This document shows positions 21,301-31,004 of a DNA stretch of 45,468 bases, one piece after another; position 1 is the stretch's first letter; every line of letters starts with the position of its first letter. Under the pieces are notes generated by a model. The model made no database searches. It was not told where the DNA came from and saw nothing but the letters and a program-made list of their open reading frames with translations. This DNA comes from Tubiluchus corallicola (lineage: Eukaryota > Animalia > Priapulida): assembly GCA_030141605.1 (NCBI GenBank), contig JAQGDQ010002427.1, forward strand, positions 1-45,468, written 5' to 3'. The position numbers were made by a program, and so were the translations under genes.

Positions 21301-21852
21301 ACGGCCCTTATTGGAGAAGCAGGGAGTGAAACAGTAATACCTCATAGAAAAAACTCTAGATCAGTAGCGCTGTGGGAAAAAACAGGGCAGATATTAGGGG
21401 TATATAAAAATTATAGTTCTAAAAATAAATTAAATACTAATGAATTGAATATTAGTAAGTCGAAAATAAATGAGTTAAACACTAGTGAATTGAATAACGT
21501 TAGCAACTTATCTAGTCTCAATAAAAATAGTTCTAAATATTTAAAGAGAATAAGTCCAAAACAACAAGCTACTTCTAACTCTAGCTATAGCTCACAAATA
21601 AGTAGTAATAGTATATCTTCTAATAGTAGTAGTTTGAGTAGTTTTCTAAGTTCTAATTCGCAATACTTCAATAATGCTAGTTCAAGTCAACAATCTATTG
21701 TATACAGCCCTGTTATTAATATTTCAGGAGAAAATACAAATACAGAAAATATAAAAACAGTTGTAGAGAAAGCACTTCAAAATTCTAAATCTGAGTTTGA
21801 AAGCTGGTATCGAAATTTCTTAAGGCAAAAAAAGAGGTTGAGCTATGAATAA
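18334..21852 (+). CDS. Tail tape measure protein (TP901 family)
   Basis: 1172 aa; coiled-coil N-terminus, TP901 core, W-periodic repeats, GGIVTRPT..LIGEAG.E. Confidence 0.92.
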   Translation: MSRQMELLINIGSKINSTFSNSFSTASKRVEKLNKKIIDLKKTKTKIMTFKELNKDLEENKKHLLKSEYRLKSMKRKYSELPNANLKKEIGETEKKVNKLNSTLAKQIAKQKELKQNLNNVGNGYNNYQKELDETTAKLDKFMRKQKKLEKLNNLQVNLQTRGENLKSAGRSQVVQSTIAGVALMAPTKLAIDDEDAFSGIKKVESFADDNYIKILKKDLRNMSTEIPREIRGFYSIAENAMQAGIGKGLEDKEKLKEIENFTRGTAKVATAFDTEDATAGEWLATWRVNLKLSQDEVMNLADRMNYLADSNNAKAPDVAIAFNKMFGLGKLLNFDEGQLAALATTVKASGIEAKLAGSHIGIMFKKIAAGEFVTKQQQTALGELGIDGSEMAKNMQIDAEETFIDIFERVKTLSKDKQLGVLNLLFGADASKTAAKLANNLEPLKENFEAMSRTDFLGSVDKEFKNKMSTIKNQLILKKNEIMKALLQIGESVFPDIKKSLDKIGPYLEKATKWVEKNPELVAKTFKVSGALIAMNLGLGIGKLAFGNLFTGASKAVGIFKTLSKLNPGSAFSIFSKFKNISKISKFLAPLSKFKGFGILGKGLGKLCIAGKGLLGVFKALSAFLFTTPWGWALIALAGSAALIYKNWDKIKPYLQKKWQGVKKHFDKKLKLFSKDWNAIKIAGKDAWSSIKNSASKTWQKSAELRKKFYNSGKKIVGFYYNYWRNRALDIINVSKKIGGALKKGYELARPYAISFWNTAKNIKVKNIKLKLIAQTKDAIAKINAFKARYKEIISTVKVKYKETIEKVKQVKDKVVTKAKTKTSEIATTARTIKYFAEFVAEDAKLKIEQFKNYINSKYTEIKTNVIAKYEEMKPYIDGFTQFCSTNFELIKLNGSQAWNFLSNSLSPVTDAIKSKFQGVFEFVNNIFSKLGNSINNITNKIEKTKKKEGYFAKRWRQSKEKAKYRSSSVYKTYEKAYATGGIVTRPTTALIGEAGSETVIPHRKNSRSVALWEKTGQILGVYKNYSSKNKLNTNELNISKSKINELNTSELNNVSNLSSLNKNSSKYLKRISPKQQATSNSSYSSQISSNSISSNSSSLSSFLSSNSQYFNNASSSQQSIVYSPVINISGENTNTENIKTVVEKALQNSKSEFESWYRNFLRQKKRLSYE

Positions 21853-22069
21853 AAAAGTAGATGTATACAAAACAAAGTTAGGTGACATGTGGGACTATAT
21901 AGCTTACAAGGTATATGGAAATGAAAAATATATGAATGATCTAATGCGAGTAAATCAAGACCTTTTAGATATAGTAGTATTTCCAGCAGGAGTATATATA
22001 ATTTGTCCAAATATAGAAATAGAAAGAACCTCTATATTACCTCCGTGGAAAGTAAAGGCTGATGCCTAA
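21845..22069 (+). CDS. Tail protein X (LysM-like)
   Basis: Y.T..GDMWD.IAYKVYG...LPPW. Confidence 0.88.
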   Translation: MNKKVDVYKTKLGDMWDYIAYKVYGNEKYMNDLMRVNQDLLDIVVFPAGVYIICPNIEIERTSILPPWKVKADA

Positions 22070-23085
22070 TGTTAGGTAGAAGAACAAAAGTATATATAGA
22101 ATATAATGGCACTGATATAACTGCAGATATAAGTAAAAATATGACTAACTTTAGTCTTAGTGAAAACATTAGTGATCAAGCTGACGATATAGCTATAACG
22201 ATAGAAGATAGTGAAAGGCTCTGGATAAAAGATTATAAACCTGCTAGAAAAGATGAAATATCAGTACAAATAGAACAAGTAAATTGGGAAGCTGATGAGA
22301 GTACAGAAAAAATTGATTTTGGTAAGTACTATGTAGATCAAATATCACTTTCTGGCCCACCAAATGTAGTAAAAATAAGTGGTGTTTCCATACCACTGGG
22401 GAACATAAGAGACCAAAAAAATAATAAAGCTTGGGAAGAATATACTTTGAAAAAGATAGGGGAAGAGATATCAAGTAAACACGGCTTAGATTTTTTTTAT
22501 GACGTAGATAGTGAATACAAATATAAAAGAACTGATCAATCTGACCAAAGTGACTTAGAATTTGTAAGAAATTTATGTGAAAAAGAAGGAGTAAATATAA
22601 AAGTAACTTTTGATAAATTAGTTATCTTTGATGGAGAAAAATATGATGCTAAGGATGTTATAGATGAAATAACATATGGAGTATCAGAAGTGATAAGATA
22701 CAACTTTGTTATTTCAGATAAGGAAACATATGATGAAGCAATAATAACCTATTATAATACAAAAGATAAAAAAAATATGAAAGAAACAGTGACAGATCCT
22801 AATAGTAGCAATACAAAAGATAAAAGAACTCTAAAGATAAAAGAAAAAGGGACTTTGCGTACTAGTGAAGAACTAAGGAGAAAGGCAAGAAAAGCTTTAC
22901 GTGAAAAAAATAAAGATAGACTAAGAGGAGAAATAGAGTTAGTAGGAAACCCAAAGCTATCAGCTGGCCAGAATATTAATTTAAAAGAATTTGGAATTTA
23001 TGATGGGAAATATGCAATTGATTTAGTAAGGCATGAAATTTCAAAATCAGGTTATATTACATTGTTAGAACTTCATAAAATCTAA
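22069..23085 (+). CDS. Baseplate hub / late control gene D protein
   Basis: Q..QSDLEF, GNP.L.AG and G.Y.ID..RH motifs. Confidence 0.85.
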   Translation: MLGRRTKVYIEYNGTDITADISKNMTNFSLSENISDQADDIAITIEDSERLWIKDYKPARKDEISVQIEQVNWEADESTEKIDFGKYYVDQISLSGPPNVVKISGVSIPLGNIRDQKNNKAWEEYTLKKIGEEISSKHGLDFFYDVDSEYKYKRTDQSDQSDLEFVRNLCEKEGVNIKVTFDKLVIFDGEKYDAKDVIDEITYGVSEVIRYNFVISDKETYDEAIITYYNTKDKKNMKETVTDPNSSNTKDKRTLKIKEKGTLRTSEELRRKARKALREKNKDRLRGEIELVGNPKLSAGQNINLKEFGIYDGKYAIDLVRHEISKSGYITLLELHKI

Positions 23086-23098
23086 AAAGGAGCTAATT

Positions 23099-23656
23099 AT
23101 GCAGTTAAATGAAATAATAAAAGTAGGAGTAGTAAGCTCAGTAGATGAAACTATGGGAACAGCAAGGGTTAGGTTTGAAGAAAGAGATGATATAGTTAGT
23201 TATGATTTATCAATACTATATAGTAAAACAAAAGAAGACAAGTCCTATTATATGGTTGATATAAATGAAGAAGTATTATGTATTTTTTTACCAGATGATC
23301 TATCAGAAGGATTTATAATTGGAGCTATCTATAATTCTGAAGACAAAATTCCTGAGGGAGCAAATAAGGATAAAAAAATATGGTTGTTTAAGGATGGTAG
23401 TAGATTTGAATATGACAGAAGTACCGGGAAACTTTTATGTGATGTAGTAAGTGAAATAGTCCTAAAAAGCCCTAAAATAATAATGGAAACAAATACAACA
23501 TTAATAAAAGGTAGTAGTATAAAACTAGACGCAGGAACTATAGAACTAACAGGTACTACAAATATAGGTGGGAAAACAAATATGAAATCAGGAGCTTCTG
23601 TAACAGGAAATATTGACATATCAGGGGTATCTAAAGCAAAAGCACATATATCATAA
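23099..23656 (+). CDS. Baseplate spike (gpV)
   Basis: G.VSSVD...ARV.F, E.VLC.F and F.DG...EYDR. Confidence 0.87.
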   Translation: MQLNEIIKVGVVSSVDETMGTARVRFEERDDIVSYDLSILYSKTKEDKSYYMVDINEEVLCIFLPDDLSEGFIIGAIYNSEDKIPEGANKDKKIWLFKDGSRFEYDRSTGKLLCDVVSEIVLKSPKIIMETNTTLIKGSSIKLDAGTIELTGTTNIGGKTNMKSGASVTGNIDISGVSKAKAHIS

Positions 23657-23665
23657 AAAGGATAG

Positions 23666-24169
23666 GTGATGCAAGTGGCGTATTATGGGAGCTTTGGCAG
23701 TTTACATTTTGAAACTTCAATGGATAAAATGGTGGCATTTAATAGTATGAAAAGAAGCAGAAAAGCTACTTGGGGAGTTCATGAGCCAAGAGGGTTAAAA
23801 CCAGTATCAGAGTTTATAAGTCCTGGGCAAGATGAGCTAACTATGGAAGTAATCTTAAAAGACGATGAAAGCAACACAATAATAGAACAGATAAATATTT
23901 TAGATAAAATGTTACAAAATGGTGAAGTTTATCCGCTATTAGTTGGAGGGCAACAAATAGGAGAAAACTATTATTATATAGAGTCTTTTACAGAAGATTT
24001 GAAATATATAAATAAATTAGGAAAAGCATTTTTTGCTAGAGTAAATATAGTATTTAAGGAGTATATTGTCGCTATAGGTGTAGTAGAAGACGATGAAAAA
24101 TCAGAGACAGAAAAAAAAGATGAACAAGAGGTAAAAAAAGAAAATAAAAAGGTGGTAAAGGAGGGTTAG
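23666..24169 (+). CDS. Tail protein (P2 gpU-like)
   Basis: GSFG...F and W..H...G.KP.SEF..P. Confidence 0.8.
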   Translation: MMQVAYYGSFGSLHFETSMDKMVAFNSMKRSRKATWGVHEPRGLKPVSEFISPGQDELTMEVILKDDESNTIIEQINILDKMLQNGEVYPLLVGGQQIGENYYYIESFTEDLKYINKLGKAFFARVNIVFKEYIVAIGVVEDDEKSETEKKDEQEVKKENKKVVKEG

Positions 24170-24173
24170 TTTA

Positions 24174-24488
24174 ATGAGGAAAGAAATGGTAATAGACAAT
24201 AGATTAATGAAAATAAATTTTTCTCCAGAAACAGAGGATGAGGAAATAATACAAAATATACGTTATATATTATCAACACTTACAACTACACTTCCTTTAG
24301 ATAGAGACTTTGCCTTTGATCACAATCTAATAGACAAGCCAAACAATTTTGTAAAAAATCAAATCTTTTCAGAATTATTTCAAAAGATAAAAAAATATGA
24401 ACCTAGAGTAAAGCTGAAAAAAGTACATTATGATACTAACCTTAATGGAGAGCAATTAATAAAAGTGGAGGTAGTTAAAAATGGATAG
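24174..24488 (+). CDS. Baseplate wedge protein (gpW/gp25-like)
   Basis: IIQNIR.IL.T, PLDRDF and YEPRV. Confidence 0.82.
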   Translation: MRKEMVIDNRLMKINFSPETEDEEIIQNIRYILSTLTTTLPLDRDFAFDHNLIDKPNNFVKNQIFSELFQKIKKYEPRVKLKKVHYDTNLNGEQLIKVEVVKNG

Positions 24489-25590
24489 AGAACTTAACTT
24501 TATTGAAAGTGATGTACATGAAATAGAAAAAGAACTTATAAATAAATATCAAGAAATCGCAGATAGAACACTTTCTCCTGCTGATCCTATAACAGGAATA
24601 TTTAAAACTTTTGCAGCTGTTTTATCTCAAACAGAGGAGAAAATAAATGATACAGCAAAACAAAATTTACTTAGATATGCAAGAGATGAAAGACTTGATT
24701 TTAAAGGAGAATTATTTAGTACAGATAGACTTGGAGAAGAAAAAGCAAAAACAACTCTAAAGTTTACAATATCAGCTCCACAAATAAAACCAGTAGTAAT
24801 CCCAATAGGAACAAGAGTGACTCCAGGAAACAATATATATTTTTCTACAATATCAGAATGTGTAATACAACCAAATGAAATAGAAGGAATAGTAGAAGCA
24901 GAATGTACTGAAGCTGGAACAGAAGGAAATGGCTATGTAGACGGTACTATAAATAAAATAGTTGACACTTTCAAATATCAAGAAAAAGTTGAAAATATAA
25001 CTTTATCTAATGGAGGTTCAGGTATTGAAGATGATGAACATTATAGAGAAAGAATACATGGCTCTCCAGAAAAATTTACAACAGCAGGACCTAAGCTTAG
25101 TTATGAATATTGGGCTAAAACAGCTTCCCCAACTATAAGCGATGTGAAAGTAATATCTACAAATCCAGGAATAGTGGATATATATGTTTTAGAAAATAAT
25201 GGCGATATCCCAAATACAAACACGTTATCAGAAGTAAAGAAAACTTGTAACGATGAATCAGTTAGACCTTTAACGGACAAAGTGGAAGTACATGCCCCTA
25301 AAAAAGTACTATATGATATAGATTTTGATTACTATATAACAAAAGCAAATGAAACAAGGGCAAATGAAATAAAAACAGCAGTATCTAATGTAGTAAATGA
25401 GTATATTTTATGGCAAAAAAACAAAATAGGAAGGGATATAGTTCCAGATGAGCTTATAGCTAGACTAAAAGAAGTAGGAGTGAAACGAGCTGTAATAACG
25501 TCACCTGTCTATAAAAGAGTGGATATAGATAGTGTAGCAATAGTTTCAGATAATAAAAATTATATATTTAAAGGGGCAGAAGATGAATAA
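24481..25590 (+). CDS. Baseplate J protein
   Basis: NLLRYA, E.D..YRERI, AGP..SY.YWA and VRPLTD. Confidence 0.9.
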   Translation: MDRELNFIESDVHEIEKELINKYQEIADRTLSPADPITGIFKTFAAVLSQTEEKINDTAKQNLLRYARDERLDFKGELFSTDRLGEEKAKTTLKFTISAPQIKPVVIPIGTRVTPGNNIYFSTISECVIQPNEIEGIVEAECTEAGTEGNGYVDGTINKIVDTFKYQEKVENITLSNGGSGIEDDEHYRERIHGSPEKFTTAGPKLSYEYWAKTASPTISDVKVISTNPGIVDIYVLENNGDIPNTNTLSEVKKTCNDESVRPLTDKVEVHAPKKVLYDIDFDYYITKANETRANEIKTAVSNVVNEYILWQKNKIGRDIVPDELIARLKEVGVKRAVITSPVYKRVDIDSVAIVSDNKNYIFKGAEDE

Positions 25591-26686
25591 GTTAATAAAT
25601 TTTTCATTTTATGATCTTCTTCCTAGTTCATTAAAGAATAATGATAAAGAAAATGAAGTAAAAAATATATGTGAAACATTAGATGTGATTTTTAGAAAAA
25701 GAATAATACATAAAATAAAAGAAGTAATACTTTTAGATAATATAGATGAATTGGAAGAATGGAAAGTAGATGAGCTAGCTTATGAATACCATTTAGATTT
25801 TTATAAATATAATTTATCTATAGAGAAAAAAAGAGGTTTAGTAAAAAGTTTTGTAATGGGACACATGAAAAAAGGGACACCTTATGCATTAAAGAAAGTA
25901 CTAAATGTCCTTGGGGGATATGATTTGCAAGAGTGGTTTGAATACGGAGGTGATCCATTTTATTTTAAAGTTGAAACAAGTGATGTTATGCAAGAATCTA
26001 GTTATAGAGATATATTTGAAGCAATTGATACATTAAAAAATGAAAGGTCATGGCTAGAAGCACTAAGGGTATTTAAAGAAAAAAGAATGCCTGTAACCAT
26101 AGGGACAGTGGTTATAGAAGGTAGAGAATTAGAAGTAGAAAGCAATTACGTTGAAAATATTTCAGAAAATTCAAATGTAAAACTACTAATGACAGCTATG
26201 GAGGGTAAAGAAACACTCATAAAAAGTAGTGAAATAGCTACAAGTATTGAAAATAATAATCTGTCTAACTTGGGTATTTTGAACAGAACAGGAGGAATAC
26301 AGCAGATAGAGAGCAACCTGGTTGAAAATATAGAAGAAGCTACAACAACCGAGGTAGTTGGAATAGCAAGGACAGGTGGAACACAAGCAGTGACTGTGAC
26401 TCTAGAAGACTTAGAAGACACTGGGGTTGTATATACAGGAATTGGGAACAGAATCGGCAGTAAGCAAGAGATAACAGTAAGTTTAGAAGACTTAGAAAAC
26501 ACTGGGGTTGTATATACAGGAATTTGCAATAGAACTGGAACTATTCAAGAAATTAACAGTAACTACGCTGGAAATATAACAGATAAAAGATCAACAATAA
26601 CAAGGTTTGCTCTCCGCACAGGAGCAAGGCAAGAAATAACTGCAAATCTTGATAATATACATGTAGAAAAAATAATAAATAATTAA
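25583..26686 (+). CDS. Tail protein I (P2 gpI-like) with repeat-extended C-terminus
   Basis: LA...H.D, H.KKGT, EWFEYGGDPF.F and KN.RSWL; then ~27-32 aa repeats. Confidence 0.82.
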   Translation: MNKLINFSFYDLLPSSLKNNDKENEVKNICETLDVIFRKRIIHKIKEVILLDNIDELEEWKVDELAYEYHLDFYKYNLSIEKKRGLVKSFVMGHMKKGTPYALKKVLNVLGGYDLQEWFEYGGDPFYFKVETSDVMQESSYRDIFEAIDTLKNERSWLEALRVFKEKRMPVTIGTVVIEGRELEVESNYVENISENSNVKLLMTAMEGKETLIKSSEIATSIENNNLSNLGILNRTGGIQQIESNLVENIEEATTTEVVGIARTGGTQAVTVTLEDLEDTGVVYTGIGNRIGSKQEITVSLEDLENTGVVYTGICNRTGTIQEINSNYAGNITDKRSTITRFALRTGARQEITANLDNIHVEKIINN

Positions 26687-26697
26687 AGGAGGAAAAA

Positions 26698-28902
26698 ATG
26701 GCAGAATTTAATGGTACAACATTAACAAATAAAGGAAGAGATCTAATTTCAAAATTAATAGCTGGAGAAAATCTAACTTTTACTAAACTTATGATAGGTG
26801 ATGGTGATATAGCAGATAGTGCAGATCAAAAAACACTGACAAAACTAGTAAGTGCTAAGAAAACACTATCAATTATGAACGTAGAAGACTTACAAGACGG
26901 AACTATGAGAGTGAGAGGTTCTTACACAAATAAAGGCCTTTCAAGCGGTTTCTTTGTACGAGAAATAGGATTGTTTGCAAAAGGAAATGATGGTGTAGAA
27001 GTATTATATTGTTATACTAATGCAGGAGATACAGCAGATTATATTCCAGGAGAAGGGGATAATATAATAGAAAATGTACTAGATATAATCACCATAATAG
27101 ATCAAGCAGAAAATGTAACAGCAGTAATATCAGACTCTATAGAATATATAACTAGAAAAGATATAGCAACAGCAACAGAAGTAGAGATGGGCGGTACAGA
27201 TAAAGTAGTAACAGTAGACGCGCTCCATGATTATGTAGATAACTTTGCATGGCCTTTAAATCAGGTAAATAGTAGATATTCAGCTGATATTGATCATGCG
27301 CGTTATACAATTTCTTGGGATGCAGGGGGAGAAAATAATCTATTAGTACCTTATGCGAGTAATAAGGTTGTAATGGAAGAGGCAGGGAAATTTATACATA
27401 ACAACACAACTTATGGAGGAACTAGAGGAGAATTAAATCAAGTAACTATAGATTTAATTGAAAAAATATATTCTATTAACAAAAGAGATAAACGTTATGG
27501 AACAGAATTTTTTATAACAAAAACAACTCAAGGAGATGGAGAAACAGCTCCATTATCAGTTGCTGAAAATAATAATACTTATTATAGAACTTTTTACAGG
27601 AATAAAAACAATTCTACACCTTACTCAAGAGCATTTTGGATAAAAGCAGAAGAAGAAAATACAGTACTTATAATTGCGAAGGGTAAAACATATATAGATG
27701 GAGAAAGAATAACAAAACATACAGTACTTCAAGATACAAATTGGCATTTTGTAATATTCAATCACCAAAATACTCTTGGATATGACTATAACAACTTAGT
27801 TTACATGATGAAAGGAAAAAGCTGTTATACTGCGTTAGAGTATGTAGGAGCAAGCTACTTACCACCAACAGCAGTACTTGGAGCCCCAACTCCGTCTATA
27901 AGTGATGGTATACATGAATATGTAGATAAGTTTGTATGGCCTATGAATAGAGTGGATGGTAGAAATTGTAAACAAGTATATGGGATATATGCAGACGAAT
28001 GGGAAGCTGGGACAAGTAGGCATTTATATAAAGCAAGAAATGGAGGAACTTTTGAAGAAGCAGGTAAATTTATAGATAGCAATACAACTTATGGAGGAAC
28101 TAGAGGAGAATTAAATCAAGTAACAGTAGATCTAGTAGAGACTTGTGGGCATCGGAAGGTAAATGGGAAAGAATTCTATATAACAAAATATACTCAAGGA
28201 AGTGGGACGGCTTACCCTATAGAACTAAATGGACAAACTTATTATTTAAGCGGTGACTCTACTTCAACAGGATTTAATATTATAGGAGAAAAATGGTTTG
28301 TTGCTTATTGGCTAAAAGCCGAAGAAGCAAACACTGTATTATTGTATCCTGGAATGTATGTAGATGGTGAAAAGATGACAACATATACAGTACTTGAGGA
28401 TACAAATTGGCATTTCATACTACTTAATAGCTCTACAACTAATGGCTATACAACTTCTTCTCCATTTTTATATACAAAACCAGGTAAAAGTTTTTATACA
28501 GCAATGGAGTATGCAGGGAGCGGTTGGCTCCCAACAAGAACTAGATTGAAAGTGCCAGCTGTATCTATATATGATAATAATACTGTTGATGTAGGGTTAA
28601 ATAAAAGCACAAATGGCTATATGAAGTTAGCAAATGGTCTTATATATCAATGGGGTAAGACTATATTGCAAGGAGGAATTCAAAATATTATAAACTATAA
28701 TATTACATTTCCTAACAAAGCAACATATATAAATACTTCTATATATCCTCATGCTGCACAAAGCGATGTAGAAATAATAAATTCTTACTTACTTAATAAT
28801 AGTCAATTTGTTGCTTACCATTACGGAATACTTGAAGTAGTGAATAATTCAGGATATTCAGAGTCAGATGCAGAAATAATATGGTTCGCCATAGGATATT
28901 AA
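26698..28902 (+). CDS. Tail fibre with an internal tandem domain duplication
   Basis: N-terminal T..G and REIGLFA tail-fibre motifs; two ~229-aa repeats; C-terminal NGYMKLANGLIYQWG (gp53-like). Confidence 0.87.
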   Translation: MAEFNGTTLTNKGRDLISKLIAGENLTFTKLMIGDGDIADSADQKTLTKLVSAKKTLSIMNVEDLQDGTMRVRGSYTNKGLSSGFFVREIGLFAKGNDGVEVLYCYTNAGDTADYIPGEGDNIIENVLDIITIIDQAENVTAVISDSIEYITRKDIATATEVEMGGTDKVVTVDALHDYVDNFAWPLNQVNSRYSADIDHARYTISWDAGGENNLLVPYASNKVVMEEAGKFIHNNTTYGGTRGELNQVTIDLIEKIYSINKRDKRYGTEFFITKTTQGDGETAPLSVAENNNTYYRTFYRNKNNSTPYSRAFWIKAEEENTVLIIAKGKTYIDGERITKHTVLQDTNWHFVIFNHQNTLGYDYNNLVYMMKGKSCYTALEYVGASYLPPTAVLGAPTPSISDGIHEYVDKFVWPMNRVDGRNCKQVYGIYADEWEAGTSRHLYKARNGGTFEEAGKFIDSNTTYGGTRGELNQVTVDLVETCGHRKVNGKEFYITKYTQGSGTAYPIELNGQTYYLSGDSTSTGFNIIGEKWFVAYWLKAEEANTVLLYPGMYVDGEKMTTYTVLEDTNWHFILLNSSTTNGYTTSSPFLYTKPGKSFYTAMEYAGSGWLPTRTRLKVPAVSIYDNNTVDVGLNKSTNGYMKLANGLIYQWGKTILQGGIQNIINYNITFPNKATYINTSIYPHAAQSDVEIINSYLLNNSQFVAYHYGILEVVNNSGYSESDAEIIWFAIGY

Positions 28903-28925
28903 AAAAATAAGGAGGAATAAAGTAA

Positions 28926-29627
28926 ATGGAAGATATAAAAAATATAATAAATGAAGAGATAATAGATGAGCCTATGTTAGAGGATATTATGGATATGATA
29001 CCAGAAGACATGGAAATAATAGAAGATGAAGATACAGAGAAGATGAAACATGTGAAAATAGAAAATAATATGATAGTAGGATTTTATGATTCATCAATAA
29101 ACAAAATAGAAGAAGACATGCAAGAAATAACAGAAGAGGAGTATCAAGAACTACTAACAAAACAATCAAATGGGTACACTCTAACAGTAAAAAAAGATGG
29201 AACTATATTTCCAACAAAAAAACCAGTATACGCAGAAACATGGGACGGTAGTGTTTGGACAAGTGATAAAGATAAAGCAGTAGAAGGTAGAATAGCAGAA
29301 CTTAGCATATATAAGAATGAAATAAGAAATAATACTTTAATAGAATTTGAAGGTCATAAACAAAAGATAAGACAAAATGATACCTTTGATTTAAACAATA
29401 TACTTTCAACAGCGCAACTAGAGGAAAAGCCTCAAATGTGGTTTTTTTCAGATGGGACAATGGCAACATTAAGTGTAGAAGATATACAAGCTTTAGGGAA
29501 ATTAATGAAAGATGAAGTAATAAGGATATTAACTATAGAAGGAAAATTAAAAGAAAAAATAGAAAAGTCATCTATAAAAGAATTAGAGTCATTTGATATA
29601 AAAGAACAGTGGGATAGTTTAAATTAA
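28926..29627 (+). CDS. Tail fibre assembly / DUF4376-like protein
   Basis: Follows the fibre gene; GFYD...EITEEEYQELL motif; acidic N-terminus. Confidence 0.6.
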   Translation: MEDIKNIINEEIIDEPMLEDIMDMIPEDMEIIEDEDTEKMKHVKIENNMIVGFYDSSINKIEEDMQEITEEEYQELLTKQSNGYTLTVKKDGTIFPTKKPVYAETWDGSVWTSDKDKAVEGRIAELSIYKNEIRNNTLIEFEGHKQKIRQNDTFDLNNILSTAQLEEKPQMWFFSDGTMATLSVEDIQALGKLMKDEVIRILTIEGKLKEKIEKSSIKELESFDIKEQWDSLN

Positions 29628-29637
29628 GGAGAAAATT

Positions 29638-30078
29638 ATGATACAAATAGCCTTTTATAAAGGAAAAGGTAAAATCCTAGATAAGTTAATAAGATGGTGG
29701 ACTAGGAGTAAATACAGCCATGTTGAACTAGTAATTTATGGGAACTCTTTCTCTTCATCAGGACGAGATAAAGGAGTGAGAGAAAAATTTATAGATTATG
29801 AAAAGGATAAGTGGGATATCTATGAAATAAAAAAACCTATTAATGATAAAGAAATATATAGTTTTTTTAATAAAACTAAGGATAAAAAATATGATTTTTT
29901 AGGTATTTTATTTTCTCAAATTTTTAATAGAAATAAGCATAATAAAAATAAATACTTTTGTAGTGAATGGCTACTTGAAGCACTAGATAAACAGCTAAAT
30001 ATTACTCATTTAAAAGATTATCATAATTATTCACCAGGGAAATTATATAAATATTTAAAAATAAAGGGGGTAATTTAA
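29638..30078 (+). CDS. Permuted papain-like (NlpC/P60, YiiX-type) protein
   Basis: YSHVEL, KYDF.G and YFCSE, with His before Cys. Confidence 0.7.
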   Translation: MIQIAFYKGKGKILDKLIRWWTRSKYSHVELVIYGNSFSSSGRDKGVREKFIDYEKDKWDIYEIKKPINDKEIYSFFNKTKDKKYDFLGILFSQIFNRNKHNKNKYFCSEWLLEALDKQLNITHLKDYHNYSPGKLYKYLKIKGVI

Positions 30079-30081
30079 GAA

Positions 30082-30573
30082 ATGAACTTAGAAGGAAAAA
30101 TAATAGAAATAGATGGAATAGAGTACAAGCTTTTGATGTTAAATAGTAATTTTAGTAAATATAAGTTTTCTAAAAGGTCACTTAATAATTTAGAAGGAGT
30201 ACATCCTGATATGGTTTGGTTAGCAAAAGAAGCAATTAAAAATTCACCTTATGACTTTGGAATAACTTCAGGGCTTAGAACAGCAAAAGAGCAAAATGAT
30301 TTATATCAAAAAGGACGAAGTAAAAAAGGTAATATAGTGACATATTGTGACGGGTATAAAAACAAATCAAAACATCAAGTGAAAAGTGATGGCTTTGGTC
30401 ATGCAATAGATATAGTAATATACGTAAATGGTAAGGTGAATTGGAGTGAAAAATATTATCATTCAGTGGCGTGTCATATAAAAGAAGTGGCTAGAAAACT
30501 TGGAATTGATATATCATGGGCTGGTGATTGGAAGAGCTTTGTAGAATTAGTACACTTTGAGTTAAAGAAATAG
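30082..30573 (+). CDS. Endolysin, peptidase M15 family
   Basis: G.RT..EQ..LY..GR, SKH...GHAID and HFEL. Confidence 0.88.
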   Translation: MNLEGKIIEIDGIEYKLLMLNSNFSKYKFSKRSLNNLEGVHPDMVWLAKEAIKNSPYDFGITSGLRTAKEQNDLYQKGRSKKGNIVTYCDGYKNKSKHQVKSDGFGHAIDIVIYVNGKVNWSEKYYHSVACHIKEVARKLGIDISWAGDWKSFVELVHFELKK

Positions 30574-30584
30574 GAGGTTATAAA

Positions 30585-31004
30585 ATGATAGGAACTATAG
30601 TATTGATAGTAGTTATTTTAGCAGTACTAGTATACTTTAAGAAGGTGGATTATGTAAAACTTATAGCCTTTGAGGCTGTGGCACAAGCTGAGGTATTTTT
30701 TAAAAGCGGAGAAGGTAAGGCTAAATTAGACTTTGCATTAAAATATATAAATGATTTTATTCCATCTTGGGCTAAATTATTTATAAATGAAAAATTAATA
30801 ATAAAAATAATAGAAGATAGCTTATCAAAACTTCAAGGAGTGTTTAGATCAAATACAGAAAAAATAAAAAATGCTCAAATAAATTCAATAGATACATTAG
30901 CAGATAAAATACTTGAAAGTGATCATTTGAAAAAATATAAAAGTAATATCCTTAATTTAAAAGATAGTCTGAAGTATGAAATAAAAGAAAAGGGGCAACT
31001 ATGA
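30585..31004 (+). CDS. Holin-like protein (LL-H type)
   Basis: N-terminal TM; V.QAE..F.SGEG..KL. Confidence 0.6.
   Translation: MIGTIVLIVVILAVLVYFKKVDYVKLIAFEAVAQAEVFFKSGEGKAKLDFALKYINDFIPSWAKLFINEKLIIKIIEDSLSKLQGVFRSNTEKIKNAQINSIDTLADKILESDHLKKYKSNILNLKDSLKYEIKEKGQL

Noticed and set aside
21410-21700. Ser/Asn-rich low-complexity tract as a separate element
   Set aside because: It is in frame within the tape measure C-terminal linker.
633-29169. Numerous short antisense or overlapping ORFs in the track (e.g. 1307-1651, 19347-19745, 26146-26529)
   Set aside because: Shadow frames of well-supported genes.
26698-29627. Diversity-generating retroelement or invertible tail-fibre cassette
   Set aside because: No reverse transcriptase or invertase; the repeats are in-frame, direct and not adenine-biased variants of a template.
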